DNA of 64,000 nt, taken from the NCBI GenBank assembly GCA_015057275.1, contig SVEO01000008.1:5594-69593 (forward strand), written 5' to 3'. Below the pieces are notes generated by a model that saw nothing but the letters and a program-made list of their open reading frames with translations, was not told where the DNA came from and did not search any database. Below are positions 19,933 to 28,672 of the stretch, piece after piece. Numbering within the stretch: position 1 is the first letter of the stretch; each line of letters begins with the position of its first letter. The DNA comes from Lachnospiraceae bacterium (GTDB lineage Bacteria; Bacillota; Clostridia; Lachnospirales; Lachnospiraceae). The position numbers and the translations under genes were made by a program.

Positions 19933-20439
19933 ATTAGCGATTATATGATTAACGAACAAATCAGGGACCGTGAGGTTCGTCTGATCGGTGAAAATGGAGA
20001 GCAGCTGGGAATTATGCCGGCAAAGGAAGCTCTTAGACTTGCAAGAGAGGCAGAGCTTGACCTTGTAAAGGTAGCTCCTACAGCAAAGCCACCGGTATGC
20101 AAGATTATTGATTATGGCAAGTTCCGTTACGAGATGGCTCGTAAGGAAAAGGAAGCCAAGAAAAAGCAGAAGGTCATTGAAGTTAAAGAGGTTAGACTTT
20201 CTCCAAACATCGAAGAGAACGATTTGAAGACGAAAGCTAATAACGCCAGAAAGTTTTTGGAAAAAGGCGACAAGGTAAAGGTCACCTTAAGATTCCGCGG
20301 CCGTGAGATGGCTCACGTGGCAAGCAGCAAGCACGTTTTAGACGATTTTGCAAAGATGCTTGAGGACGTATGTGTTATCGAAAAGCCGGCAAAGCTCGAA
20401 GGTAGAAGCATGGGCATGACATTGGCAGCAAAGAGATAA
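19933..20439 (+). CDS. infC: Translation initiation factor IF-3
   Basis: INEQIRDREVRLIGENGEQLGI is a typical IF-3 N-terminus. GGAGG at 19919-19923 lies 9 nt before ATT 19933, consistent with the atypical start codon used for IF-3 autoregulation. ATG 19945 is the alternative start. Confidence 0.9.
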   Translation: MSDYMINEQIRDREVRLIGENGEQLGIMPAKEALRLAREAELDLVKVAPTAKPPVCKIIDYGKFRYEMARKEKEAKKKQKVIEVKEVRLSPNIEENDLKTKANNARKFLEKGDKVKVTLRFRGREMAHVASSKHVLDDFAKMLEDVCVIEKPAKLEGRSMGMTLAAKR

Positions 20440-20478
20440 AAGAAAACAGCAATAAATACCATTAAGGAGGACATAAAA

Positions 20479-20676
20479 ATGCCAAAATTAAAGACAAGCA
20501 GAGCAGCAGCAAAGCGTTTCAAAGCTACAGGTACAGGTAAGTTAAAGAGAAATAAGGCTTACAAGAGCCATATCCTTACTAAGAAGACAACCAAGAGAAA
20601 GAGAAATCTCAGAAAGTCTACCATTACCGATGCAACAAATGTAAAGAATATGAAGAAGATTTTGCCTTATTTATAA
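20479..20676 (+). CDS. rpmI: 50S ribosomal protein L35
   Basis: [24 protein letters not shown]. Confidence 0.95.
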   Translation: MPKLKTSRAAAKRFKATGTGKLKRNKAYKSHILTKKTTKRKRNLRKSTITDATNVKNMKKILPYL

Positions 20677-20705
20677 GCTAAGGTACGGATTAGGAGGAAT
20701 TTGAA

Positions 20706-21059
20706 ATGGCAAGAATTAAAGGCGGCATGAACGCAAAGAAGAAGCATAAGAGAGTATTAAAGTTAGCAAAGGGTTACAGAGGCGCTAGATCCAAGCAGTA
20801 CAGAATTGCTAAGCAGTCTGTAATGCGTGCTTTAACATCCGCATACGCTGGTCGTAAGGAAAGAAAGCGTCAGTTCAGACAATTATGGATTGCTCGTATC
20901 AACGCAGCAGCTCGTATGAACGGCATCTCCTACAGCAAGATGATGCACGGCTTAAAGGTTGCAGGTGTTGATGTGAACAGAAAGATGTTAGCTGAATTAG
21001 CAGTGAACGATCCTGCAGCATTCACAGCTTTAGCAGAAGTTGCAAAGCAGAACGCATAA
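20706..21059 (+). CDS. rplT: 50S ribosomal protein L20
   Basis: [27 protein letters not shown] ... [11 protein letters not shown]. Confidence 0.95.
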   Translation: MARIKGGMNAKKKHKRVLKLAKGYRGARSKQYRIAKQSVMRALTSAYAGRKERKRQFRQLWIARINAAARMNGISYSKMMHGLKVAGVDVNRKMLAELAVNDPAAFTALAEVAKQNA

Positions 21060-21075
21060 ATTACATTTTCTATTA

Positions 21076-21108
21076 AAAGGATGGACTTTTTAAGTCCGTC
21101 CTTTTATA
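21076..21108 (+). terminator. Intrinsic terminator after rplT
   Basis: AAAGGATGGACT / AGTCCGTCCTTT hairpin followed by a T-run. Confidence 0.75.
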
Positions 21109-21248
21109 AAATATCGCGAAAAATATTTACAAAAATTTCTTGAAAAAAGTTCAGAAGTTTTGAAAAAAAGTTCTTGCATTCCGCAAGGACTTGTGGTAGT
21201 ATAGTCACGTTCGCGAGAACATAGCTCTTACGAACGAGTTGAATATAT

Positions 21249-21332
21249 GCACTCGTGGCGGAATTGGCATACGCGCTAGACTAAGGATCTAGTCCGGGTT
21301 ACTGGGTACGGGTTCAAGTCCCGTCGAGTGCA
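21249..21332 (+). tRNA. tRNA-Leu (type II, long variable arm); the anticodon reads AAG
   Basis: The fold has acceptor GCACTCG/CGAGTGC, anticodon stem CTAGA/TCTAG with 7-nt loop CTAAGGA (positions 34-36 = AAG), and T-arm ACGGG-TTCAAGT-CCCGT. Confidence 0.8.
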
Positions 21333-21344
21333 TTTTTTCTATTT

Positions 21345-21428
21345 GCAGTTGTGGCGGAATTGGCATACGCGCATGATTCAGGTTCATGTCCGGGTTCCCG
21401 GGTGTGGGTTCAAGTCCCATCAACTGCA
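21345..21428 (+). tRNA. tRNA-Leu (anticodon CAG)
   Basis: The fold has acceptor GCAGTTG/CAACTGC, anticodon stem CATGA/TCATG with loop TTCAGGT, and a long variable arm. Confidence 0.85.
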
Positions 21429-21480
21429 TTTTTTATTTTTATGAATAATTTCGATTATTCGTGATATAATAATTATGTAT

Positions 21481-21553
21481 TCCTCGATAGCTCAGTCGGT
21501 AGAGCGCGCGGCTGTTAACCGCGTTGTCGTAGGTTCAAGTCCTACTCGGGGAG
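21481..21553 (+). tRNA. tRNA-Asn (anticodon GTT)
   Basis: A full cloverleaf folds by hand: TCCTCGA/TCGGGGA, D-arm GCTC..GAGC, anticodon stem CGCGG/CCGCG with loop CTGTTAA, and T-arm GTAGG-TTCAAGT-CCTAC. Confidence 0.9.
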
Positions 21554-21648
21554 CTTAAATAAAGAGTTCGTACGCGGACTCTTTATTTTAAAGTATTTGC
21601 CTGCGTTTGTGGGTAAATATCAGCCATGTCCGAATGGCTTAAACATTC

Positions 21649-21990
21649 GGGGTTGTCATGGTTTCGACAGGCCGGTAGAAGGTGGAGAAGCTATCGGAAG
21701 CCCGGGACTTCCTTAAAACTCGGAATTAAAAATAAACGCTGAAGATAATTTAGCATACGCTGCCTAGTAGGCAGTTGTCGGACTGAGCGGACCTGCACGT
21801 TCTGACCCCGGCATCGACTCAGCAGGAAACGATGCGTTCAAAGCTTTGAGAATGTAGGCGTATTATGAAGCTACTAAAGCGTTAAGGCTGTTTTTGGCCG
21901 TGACGCGGAGGGAATGTCAAAACAAAAACTATGATAGTAGAAGTACGGTGGAAATCGGTTTGGACACGGGTTCGACTCCCGTCAGCTCCA
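21649..21990 (+). ncRNA. ssrA: tmRNA (SsrA)
   Basis: The 5' end GGGGTTGTCATGGTTTCGACAGG pairs with the 3' end GGACACGGGTTCGACTCCCGTCAGCTCCA, forming a tRNA-Ala-like acceptor with a G3:U pair. The tag reading frame GCT GAA GAT AAT TTA GCA TAC GCT GCC TAG TAG (21738-21770) encodes AEDNLAYAA followed by a double stop. Confidence 0.92.
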
Positions 21991-21991
21991 T
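21971..21991 (+). repeat. attL core (part of the functional tmRNA 3' end)
   Basis: TTCGACTCCCGTCAGCTCCAT is identical to 29526-29546. Confidence 0.9.
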
Positions 21992-22060
21992 AGCTGGAAA
22001 TGCTCGGAAACAAGCCATTTTTGGGCATTTCCAAACAAACATAAAACATGAAATTGACTA

Positions 22061-22080
22061 TTTTAGACCGTTTTAGACCG
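22061..22080 (+). repeat. Tandem 10-mer TTTTAGACCG x2 inside the attL arm
   Basis: An exact tandem duplication read directly from the sequence, followed by a partial TTT. Confidence 0.8.
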
Positions 22081-22095
22081 TTTCAAATCGAAACG

Positions 22096-22119
22096 ATTGG
22101 GGTCAAAATTGGGGTCAAA
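22096..22119 (+). repeat. Tandem 12-mer ATTGGGGTCAAA x2 (candidate integrase arm-type site, attL side)
   Basis: An exact tandem copy. The same motif pair recurs at 29442-29464. Confidence 0.8.
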
Positions 22120-22167
22120 AATGATAAAGGCAATTTGAATCGAATTTAGCATACTTGAGAGTATATT

Positions 22168-22227
22168 AAAAACAAAATCGTAAAAAATAGGGAGTATAAT
22201 CTACCATAAAGTAGACCGTACTCCCTA
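22168..22227 (-). terminator. Intrinsic terminator of the tail-tip gene (minus strand)
   Basis: The stem TAGGGAGTA (22188-22196) / TACTCCCTA (22219-22227) is followed on the minus strand by a T-rich run. Confidence 0.65.
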
Positions 22228-22265
22228 TCATACGTTAAATGTAAAAATAAAAAATCACATTTTAT

Positions 22266-25200
22266 TTAAATTGGAAAAGAAAAATCAATTGACAACCAAC
22301 CAATATCACCAGTAACTTCACTTCCATCCGATAAATTTCTAACCCACTGTAAAGCAACAGACCCGGTGGAAGGATTAACTGCATATCTTGCCATAACATT
22401 TCCTGCGCCACTATTGGTTACACAGTATGTAAGGCTAGTAGATGAACGGTATGTTGACGGAAGCGTGAAAAGAATCATAGATTCACCTGCAACCTTATTT
22501 GTCACACCAAAACATCCACGAACGTATACAACACCATTATGTCGTCTATACTGTACTGGCTGTACCGTACTACCATTGTTATGATATACCAGGTTTTCAG
22601 AAGCCATTTTTTCTCCTACAATATAATGCCATCCTGTGTCGCCCAATCCTACATCTTTGCCACCAACGATAACGTGTAAGGTATCGGTTGGGCTTGTAGG
22701 TGCTTGGATGAAATTAGAAGAATTACCACCATAACCAAACGCCAACACAGATGGGTCTAAACTGATATATTTTCCATAACCCGATTCTGATAGCCTCTCC
22801 TCTGCTATCAGATAACCCGTCTTGGGGTCTATTTTAATAGCCATGTCACCTACGTTACTAGATGAACCAAAACGTGCATATCCAGAAGTGCCATCAATAT
22901 ATGTGTTACCAAAATAAGCCGAGCCAGAAACACCATCAATATACGTATTACCAAATCGAGCCGAGCCGTTGCCGTACAATATAAAATTGCCTTTATAGCC
23001 CGTGTCGGTGCTACTTTTTGTTTGACATGATAATATCCATGTTTCGCCGGGATTATCCTGTCCGGGTGGCTGAAGATATACTCGATAATCGGTGCCGTCA
23101 ACAGTCACGTCTTTGGATAAATATCCTTCGTTAATATCCCATCCGCCAATTTCTCCACTAAGGGCGTTAATTTCGCCTGAAACAGATACAGATTTTGAAT
23201 CCATGTCTAATGAGAAAACAACATTACCTTCGTCATCTTTTGAAAGCAGTGTTCCAGTAGTGATTGCATCCGCATTGATGTTGGTAATGTTTGCACTTCC
23301 TACCTTTAGCGTTCCATCTTCAATTTTGCATCCGCCTATTTTTCCACTAAGAGCATTAATTTCACCCTTTATATAAGCCTTTCTGTTTTCATTGTCTATG
23401 GCAAAATTAGGAGAGTATATATTACCATTCTCTAAGTTTAAATAAGTTCCGTCGATACTATATGGCGAAGTAGTATCTGTATTTTCTTCGTAGTATGTTG
23501 ATTTGATAATGTCAGTAGATATCATACCATTTTGCATGATGATAGATTTTCCGTCAGGAGACTTTACAACAAACTGCCCTGTCAATGCACTAAGAGCAGA
23601 ATCCGTGAGTGTCAAAGAAGATTCATTAGAACCATCCTTTACCAACCAGTAAAATTGGTTTGCTGTTTGTAGGGCAGTAGTAATCTGTTTCCTTAATCCT
23701 TCAGAATCGGTAGTGCCTACCGTCGTTGTTATTCCATCAAGGCTTATAATCTGTTCAGCGATACGGTCAATAATGTTGTAAGCATCTTGCTCTTTTACAA
23801 TATTGCCATCTTCATCATAAACATAATTGCCATTTTCGTCCTTTACGGGATAGTACAGGTATGTACTTTCCCACACGGAATCTTTGATAGTCAAGGATTC
23901 TTTATCAATTACAGATTCTACAGTAGTTTGAACCGATGCTATATTTTCTGCTGTCTCTTCAATCTGTGACTGAATATCTTCCGGAGCAGGAGTCCAGTCG
24001 GTAGCGCGGTTGCCTCGTTCAAGTTTTGCTTCCGATGCTTCATCCCATGGATACGATACTAGTAAGTAATAAGCGTTCTCAGGCGAGGTCCAAGTATATG
24101 TTCCCGCCAAATTAGCGCCTATTTCAGCAATAACTTTTCTACTAATATAGTTTTTATCAGTGTCGTACCAATTGAATCTGAAATAATCACCACCACCCGC
24201 AGAACGTGAAAACGTGTATTGTGTATTCGGTTTGATGGAAATATAACTGGTCATCGCAGCGCTACCGAATACAGAACCAGTCGCAAGATTTCCATCTATA
24301 TTATAATGAGCGTCCAGCTTCGACTGAGAACGAATAATTAAATTCCTTCCACCAATTTCTAAATTATTGATATCAGCTTGAGCATTATCAGCCGCGTTTT
24401 GAGCCGTGGTAGCGGCATCTTTGGCTTCGTTAGCTACGGTATCATCCGTATACTTACTAGCAGCTACCCAATCTGAAGTTGCATAGCTTTGTTCTGCCAC
24501 TTTAGCTGTAGAGCAACGCAAAATATCGCCATCATCCCCTTGAACCCATAGGTCACCTTTATCGTATGGTGGGGATGGTGTCGTATAAAATACTCTTCGT
24601 TTTTGGTCAGCCGTATCTTGCGCTGTTTGAGCATCTGCTAATGCCTTTGTGACATCTGTATCAGTAATACGTTGCCAAGAGTATACATTATTTAATACTT
24701 GCCACCGATAACAATAACCGGTGATAGTATCATAATATAAATCACCTAAATGAATGTTCTTAAGTTCAACTGTCGTCCAATTAACAGCAGGTTCATTAGT
24801 CTCCGTAGGCTCCACTTCGTAAAACCAAGTGGTAATGCTTCCATCAATCTGTGTTTGAAGATTCGCAATATCATTATTAAAGGTAGTAACAATATTCGCC
24901 ATATCTTCGGCATTTTGATTAGCGGTAGACCATGCTTCGTCTGCTGTTGACTGGGCATTTGCAATGTCCAAGTCCATATCTTCAGGAGCAGGCGACCAAT
25001 CGGTAGCTTTGTTACCAACTTCCAATTTTACACCCTTGATTTGGCATCCACTGAGATTGTATCGTTGAAATTGTACAATAACATAGTATGTACCATCTTC
25101 TGTCATTTCCTCAGAACCGCTTTGAAATAAATCATCGGTTACATCGTATTGGATAGTATATCTACGCCAATCTGTTGGTAAATCATAACTACCATCGGAA

Positions 25201-28200
25201 TTTCTAGCCCATTCACCTCTGTACCGTATTCTACTTGAAGTTTCCGATGTTGCAATACATAGATTTGCCAATAAGCTGTTGTAAGCCGCAGATGTGCCAG
25301 TTGTATTTGCATCAGCCCTAGCATAGAAGGATAGCGTCACAGTTTTGTTCCTGATTTTACTATAAGGAAAATTTGGTCTTGACTGAACTGTTCTCCAATC
25401 TACTGTTTCGGCATCGGAAAATGTTGCAACCGTTAAACCATCGGAATCTTCGGAAAATGTCACGGTGGGATGATACAACCAACCATTCATGTCTCTCGTA
25501 TTTCGAACTAAATTCGTTCCACCGATTTCTAAATTTTTTAACTCATTAATAGCAATATTAGTTTCAGTCTTAAACTCTGTATAACGTTCTCCCAAAGAAT
25601 CCCCATTTTCATCTAAAATCTCCGAGATAGAAACTTTGCCGTTTTCATCCGTTTCAACAATAGGAAAGTTTAGTTTTTCTTTTCCCAAAGTTCCATCGGA
25701 AACCATATTGTTTTTAATTAAGCCGTCAGATACAGCATTCTCGGTAATTCCTTGCGAAGTCATTATCGTTGCGCCGTTCTCATCTTTTACAATAATAGAC
25801 GGATACTCATTATCTGCATAGCCAATTTGAATACCGACTTCGCCATCAGGATTAAGAAACTGTAATGTATTTCCGTCAGCAAGCATATTTCCATTCTCAG
25901 ACATAATTCTCATTTGGTCAGAGATAGTTATATCACCAGTTTTTAAATCAGCTACCGTTATATTTTTTGCAACAATATCTGCAATATAAGCAGCATCAAT
26001 CACTGCCTTTGCAGTAGTCGTACTGAGTGCATTTAATTTATCTGTAAACGTGATATTCGCAAATAAATCATCAAAATTACCCGTATTGGCAGCAAGAAAA
26101 TCAACATCAATATAAGTAGAAAAAAGTTTTTCAAACGATGCTTCATCGCCGGTAATCTTATTCACATCAATTGTCTGGAATTTTGCATAATTAGCAATAA
26201 GCCGATTAACTTGTTCTGCATCAATGTCACCACTCGTATTTGATGCAATATTTTCTACTGTATTTTTAAACAAACGATTCTTTATCATCATCTGCAAGAA
26301 ATTCGTCATATATTCTTTATCAGAATCAGAATTCCCTGTCCCGATGGAAATACTGTTTTTAGAACCACGATTACTTTCGCCATTAAGAATGTCTGTTAAA
26401 TCACTTCGACCAGAACGAGAAGTAATCATGTTCGAAAATTCGACAGTCAAATCGGGACTTACCTCACACGGATTCCACGACCTGCCAACAAGCCTTAACT
26501 TAACACTGTAATCATCACGGATTCCAAGCCGGATATACCTTAATAATTTAAAATCGTTATGCCAGCATTGAAACGCATCTAAATTTAGCAAATTGTCCAT
26601 GTTAGCAGTGAACTTCATTTGTGGCTGTGAAACTTCTGATAATTTGCTTACAGAATCATCGTATAATTCCTTTTCTCTATCAATCACTGTAACTGTAGTG
26701 TCGACAGAAGTAGAGAGGATATTTGTATTTTGATAATCCGTATCATGGAGTAAAATATGAATGGTTAAGATATCATCGTCGTTAAAACCCCATGCTTCAT
26801 ACGACATATCCGACTGTTCAATCATAGACAAACGCTCGTTATCAATAGCGTCCAATTCCGATTCGATGACGGTTAATTCATCATTTAACTTTTTTAACTG
26901 ATACAGAAGCGTTCCTTCGGTAGATGCCGTACCAAGATAGCCGGAGATTTCTATATATTTCGAACGTCCAAGGATATTATACTCGTCTTCGCCTCCAGAA
27001 TAAGAAGCTTTTTCTTCGTCTGTCATTAACTCCCATGCTGTTTCAAAGCCCTTTAAAGCCTCTAATTGTTCTTCATAATCTTTCTTTTTGGCAGTTAATT
27101 CTTCTATACCATACAATTCCCAATTGGTTTCGTAATCCTTTACAAAATCTTTTTTATTGTCGGAAGAAACGCCCAGATTAGAGATTGCAATTTCAATATT
27201 TGGAATGATGTAATTTAATACTTCCCAATAAGTATAATAACCACCGTAACCATTTGCTAACTCGTATAACAAAGTTAAATACTTGTCATGGTCAACGGTT
27301 ATATCCTCTGTTTTCCAAGGTATGTAATTACCGTCAGAATCGTACTGTGGGTCAGTATCAACAGAAATCTGTAAACCGGTAAGGAGCGCATTATAATACG
27401 CAAGATTTTCATATAAAAGTTCTTCTGTCATAGCGTCCCACTGTTGCCAATCGTCTCCATCGTTCGGGACGCGGTATTGCAGTTCCGAGATTTTTTCTTC
27501 TTTATTCGCGCGGTCTTTGGATAAATTTGCAAAAGTTTCTCTATTATTTTTACGCCAGTCTAACCATGCTTGCACTTTAGAGATAAGCTCCGTTGACATA
27601 TACGGTTCATGCATAAAATAGGATAAATCAATAATACGGGAATCGTTGTAGTTCCAATTCCGCACATTTAAACCATCCGCACCCTCGCAATTAAAACGGG
27701 TGTAAATCGTATCTTCATCTACGCTAATATCAACGGAATTTGCCAAATTGCGAAATCCAATGAAAATATTTGTTTCGTAATCCAGACTGTGTTTGCTGAC
27801 TGCTTTGATGCGCTTGTGAAGTATATCAAACAAAAATATACATTCCGCTTTCGGCGCAATAGTAGAAGTGAGCAGTGCATACAGATTTATATTATCTTCG
27901 CTAAAGGATAATTTTACATCCCACAACAACGGGTCAATATCTTCATCTAACACCGTCCAACCGGGAATTCGTTCCAGTACGAGATTAATCAGCGATAAAT
28001 CTTTTCTCTCCGGATTATAAAATTTTACAAACTCCTTCGCAAACCCTAACTCGTCAACATTATTTTCGGCAAGCTGCTCCAAGGAATCCGTCTCACCGGT
28101 ATTGATTTTTAAACCAACCCAGTCTTTATCTTCAAATTCCTTATCTATCGAATAGGCAGTAATTGACTTTGTTTCTTTTACCCCGTCATTATTAACATTT

Positions 28201-28454
28201 GGGTACTGCATCTGAAAATATCCGATATCTTCAAGATATAAATTGAGATATACATCTAATAGGTCATAACCATTTGATTTTACTTGTTTACCGTCAATTA
28301 CGATATATTCATCAACCTCAAACGAAAGAGTTGAAAAATCCTTTACGTGTTCATCATAATTTACGCTATCCGTCTTCACACCGTTCAGTACCGTGATTGG
28401 TGTAAGGTTCGGTCGGCATAAATATATTTTTTTACCGCTTGGAATCATAACCAT
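22266..28454 (-). CDS. Phage tail-tip / host-specificity protein (Tal-type N-terminus fused to a long receptor-binding fibre), 2062 aa
   Basis: The N-terminal ~350 aa resemble the phage minor structural protein / tail-associated endopeptidase family (by recall). Coiled-coil stretches follow. There are two copies of a module bounded by LEIGG(T/R)NL ... KLE(V/R)GN(K/R)ATDW(S/T)PAPED, and two copies of EINALSG(K/E)IGG. The gene overlaps the upstream tail-gene stub by 10 nt, which is typical phage gene packing. Confidence 0.8.
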   Translation of the reverse strand: MVMIPSGKKIYLCRPNLTPITVLNGVKTDSVNYDEHVKDFSTLSFEVDEYIVIDGKQVKSNGYDLLDVYLNLYLEDIGYFQMQYPNVNNDGVKETKSITAYSIDKEFEDKDWVGLKINTGETDSLEQLAENNVDELGFAKEFVKFYNPERKDLSLINLVLERIPGWTVLDEDIDPLLWDVKLSFSEDNINLYALLTSTIAPKAECIFLFDILHKRIKAVSKHSLDYETNIFIGFRNLANSVDISVDEDTIYTRFNCEGADGLNVRNWNYNDSRIIDLSYFMHEPYMSTELISKVQAWLDWRKNNRETFANLSKDRANKEEKISELQYRVPNDGDDWQQWDAMTEELLYENLAYYNALLTGLQISVDTDPQYDSDGNYIPWKTEDITVDHDKYLTLLYELANGYGGYYTYWEVLNYIIPNIEIAISNLGVSSDNKKDFVKDYETNWELYGIEELTAKKKDYEEQLEALKGFETAWELMTDEEKASYSGGEDEYNILGRSKYIEISGYLGTASTEGTLLYQLKKLNDELTVIESELDAIDNERLSMIEQSDMSYEAWGFNDDDILTIHILLHDTDYQNTNILSTSVDTTVTVIDREKELYDDSVSKLSEVSQPQMKFTANMDNLLNLDAFQCWHNDFKLLRYIRLGIRDDYSVKLRLVGRSWNPCEVSPDLTVEFSNMITSRSGRSDLTDILNGESNRGSKNSISIGTGNSDSDKEYMTNFLQMMIKNRLFKNTVENIASNTSGDIDAEQVNRLIANYAKFQTIDVNKITGDEASFEKLFSTYIDVDFLAANTGNFDDLFANITFTDKLNALSTTTAKAVIDAAYIADIVAKNITVADLKTGDITISDQMRIMSENGNMLADGNTLQFLNPDGEVGIQIGYADNEYPSIIVKDENGATIMTSQGITENAVSDGLIKNNMVSDGTLGKEKLNFPIVETDENGKVSISEILDENGDSLGERYTEFKTETNIAINELKNLEIGGTNLVRNTRDMNGWLYHPTVTFSEDSDGLTVATFSDAETVDWRTVQSRPNFPYSKIRNKTVTLSFYARADANTTGTSAAYNSLLANLCIATSETSSRIRYRGEWARNSDGSYDLPTDWRRYTIQYDVTDDLFQSGSEEMTEDGTYYVIVQFQRYNLSGCQIKGVKLEVGNKATDWSPAPEDMDLDIANAQSTADEAWSTANQNAEDMANIVTTFNNDIANLQTQIDGSITTWFYEVEPTETNEPAVNWTTVELKNIHLGDLYYDTITGYCYRWQVLNNVYSWQRITDTDVTKALADAQTAQDTADQKRRVFYTTPSPPYDKGDLWVQGDDGDILRCSTAKVAEQSYATSDWVAASKYTDDTVANEAKDAATTAQNAADNAQADINNLEIGGRNLIIRSQSKLDAHYNIDGNLATGSVFGSAAMTSYISIKPNTQYTFSRSAGGGDYFRFNWYDTDKNYISRKVIAEIGANLAGTYTWTSPENAYYLLVSYPWDEASEAKLERGNRATDWTPAPEDIQSQIEETAENIASVQTTVESVIDKESLTIKDSVWESTYLYYPVKDENGNYVYDEDGNIVKEQDAYNIIDRIAEQIISLDGITTTVGTTDSEGLRKQITTALQTANQFYWLVKDGSNESSLTLTDSALSALTGQFVVKSPDGKSIIMQNGMISTDIIKSTYYEENTDTTSPYSIDGTYLNLENGNIYSPNFAIDNENRKAYIKGEINALSGKIGGCKIEDGTLKVGSANITNINADAITTGTLLSKDDEGNVVFSLDMDSKSVSVSGEINALSGEIGGWDINEGYLSKDVTVDGTDYRVYLQPPGQDNPGETWILSCQTKSSTDTGYKGNFILYGNGSARFGNTYIDGVSGSAYFGNTYIDGTSGYARFGSSSNVGDMAIKIDPKTGYLIAEERLSESGYGKYISLDPSVLAFGYGGNSSNFIQAPTSPTDTLHVIVGGKDVGLGDTGWHYIVGEKMASENLVYHNNGSTVQPVQYRRHNGVVYVRGCFGVTNKVAGESMILFTLPSTYRSSTSLTYCVTNSGAGNVMARYAVNPSTGSVALQWVRNLSDGSEVTGDIGWLSIDFSFPI

Positions 28455-28672
28455 CCACCTACTTTCTTATATGGGCAGGAATACGCAATCGTTATATTAG
28501 CGTTTCCTGTAACTTCAAGGGTATTTATCCCATGCAACAATCTCAGCCAATAAATATTACCAACATCTGTCCAGCCCAAATCTGCATACGAAATTAAACC
28601 ATTCGTGGTTGCGTCGCTGGGAATACAGTGGGCACAATCAAATACCATAGCTCCGTCAGGATTAAAAAAGAT
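28445..28672 (-). pseudogene. Remnant (C-terminal ~70 aa) of a phage distal tail protein (Dit-like)
   Basis: The ORF has no credible N-terminus, and the open frame ends at a stop at 28724-28726. The C-terminal sequence LRLLHGINTLEVTGNANITIAYSCPYKK resembles ends of siphovirus tail-family proteins (by recall). It abuts the integrase fragment head to head. Confidence 0.5.

Noticed and set aside
21894-22076. A 60-aa ORF in the track.
   Set aside because: It overlaps the 3' domain of the tmRNA and the att core, and has no RBS.
22061-22119. The tandem short repeats were considered as a possible degenerate CRISPR array linked to the cas9 fragment.
   Set aside because: The units are 10-12 bp, directly abutting with no spacers, and 21 kb from the cas9 remnant. 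They fit att-arm binding sites far better. I noticed no CRISPR-like repeat-spacer structure anywhere in the window.
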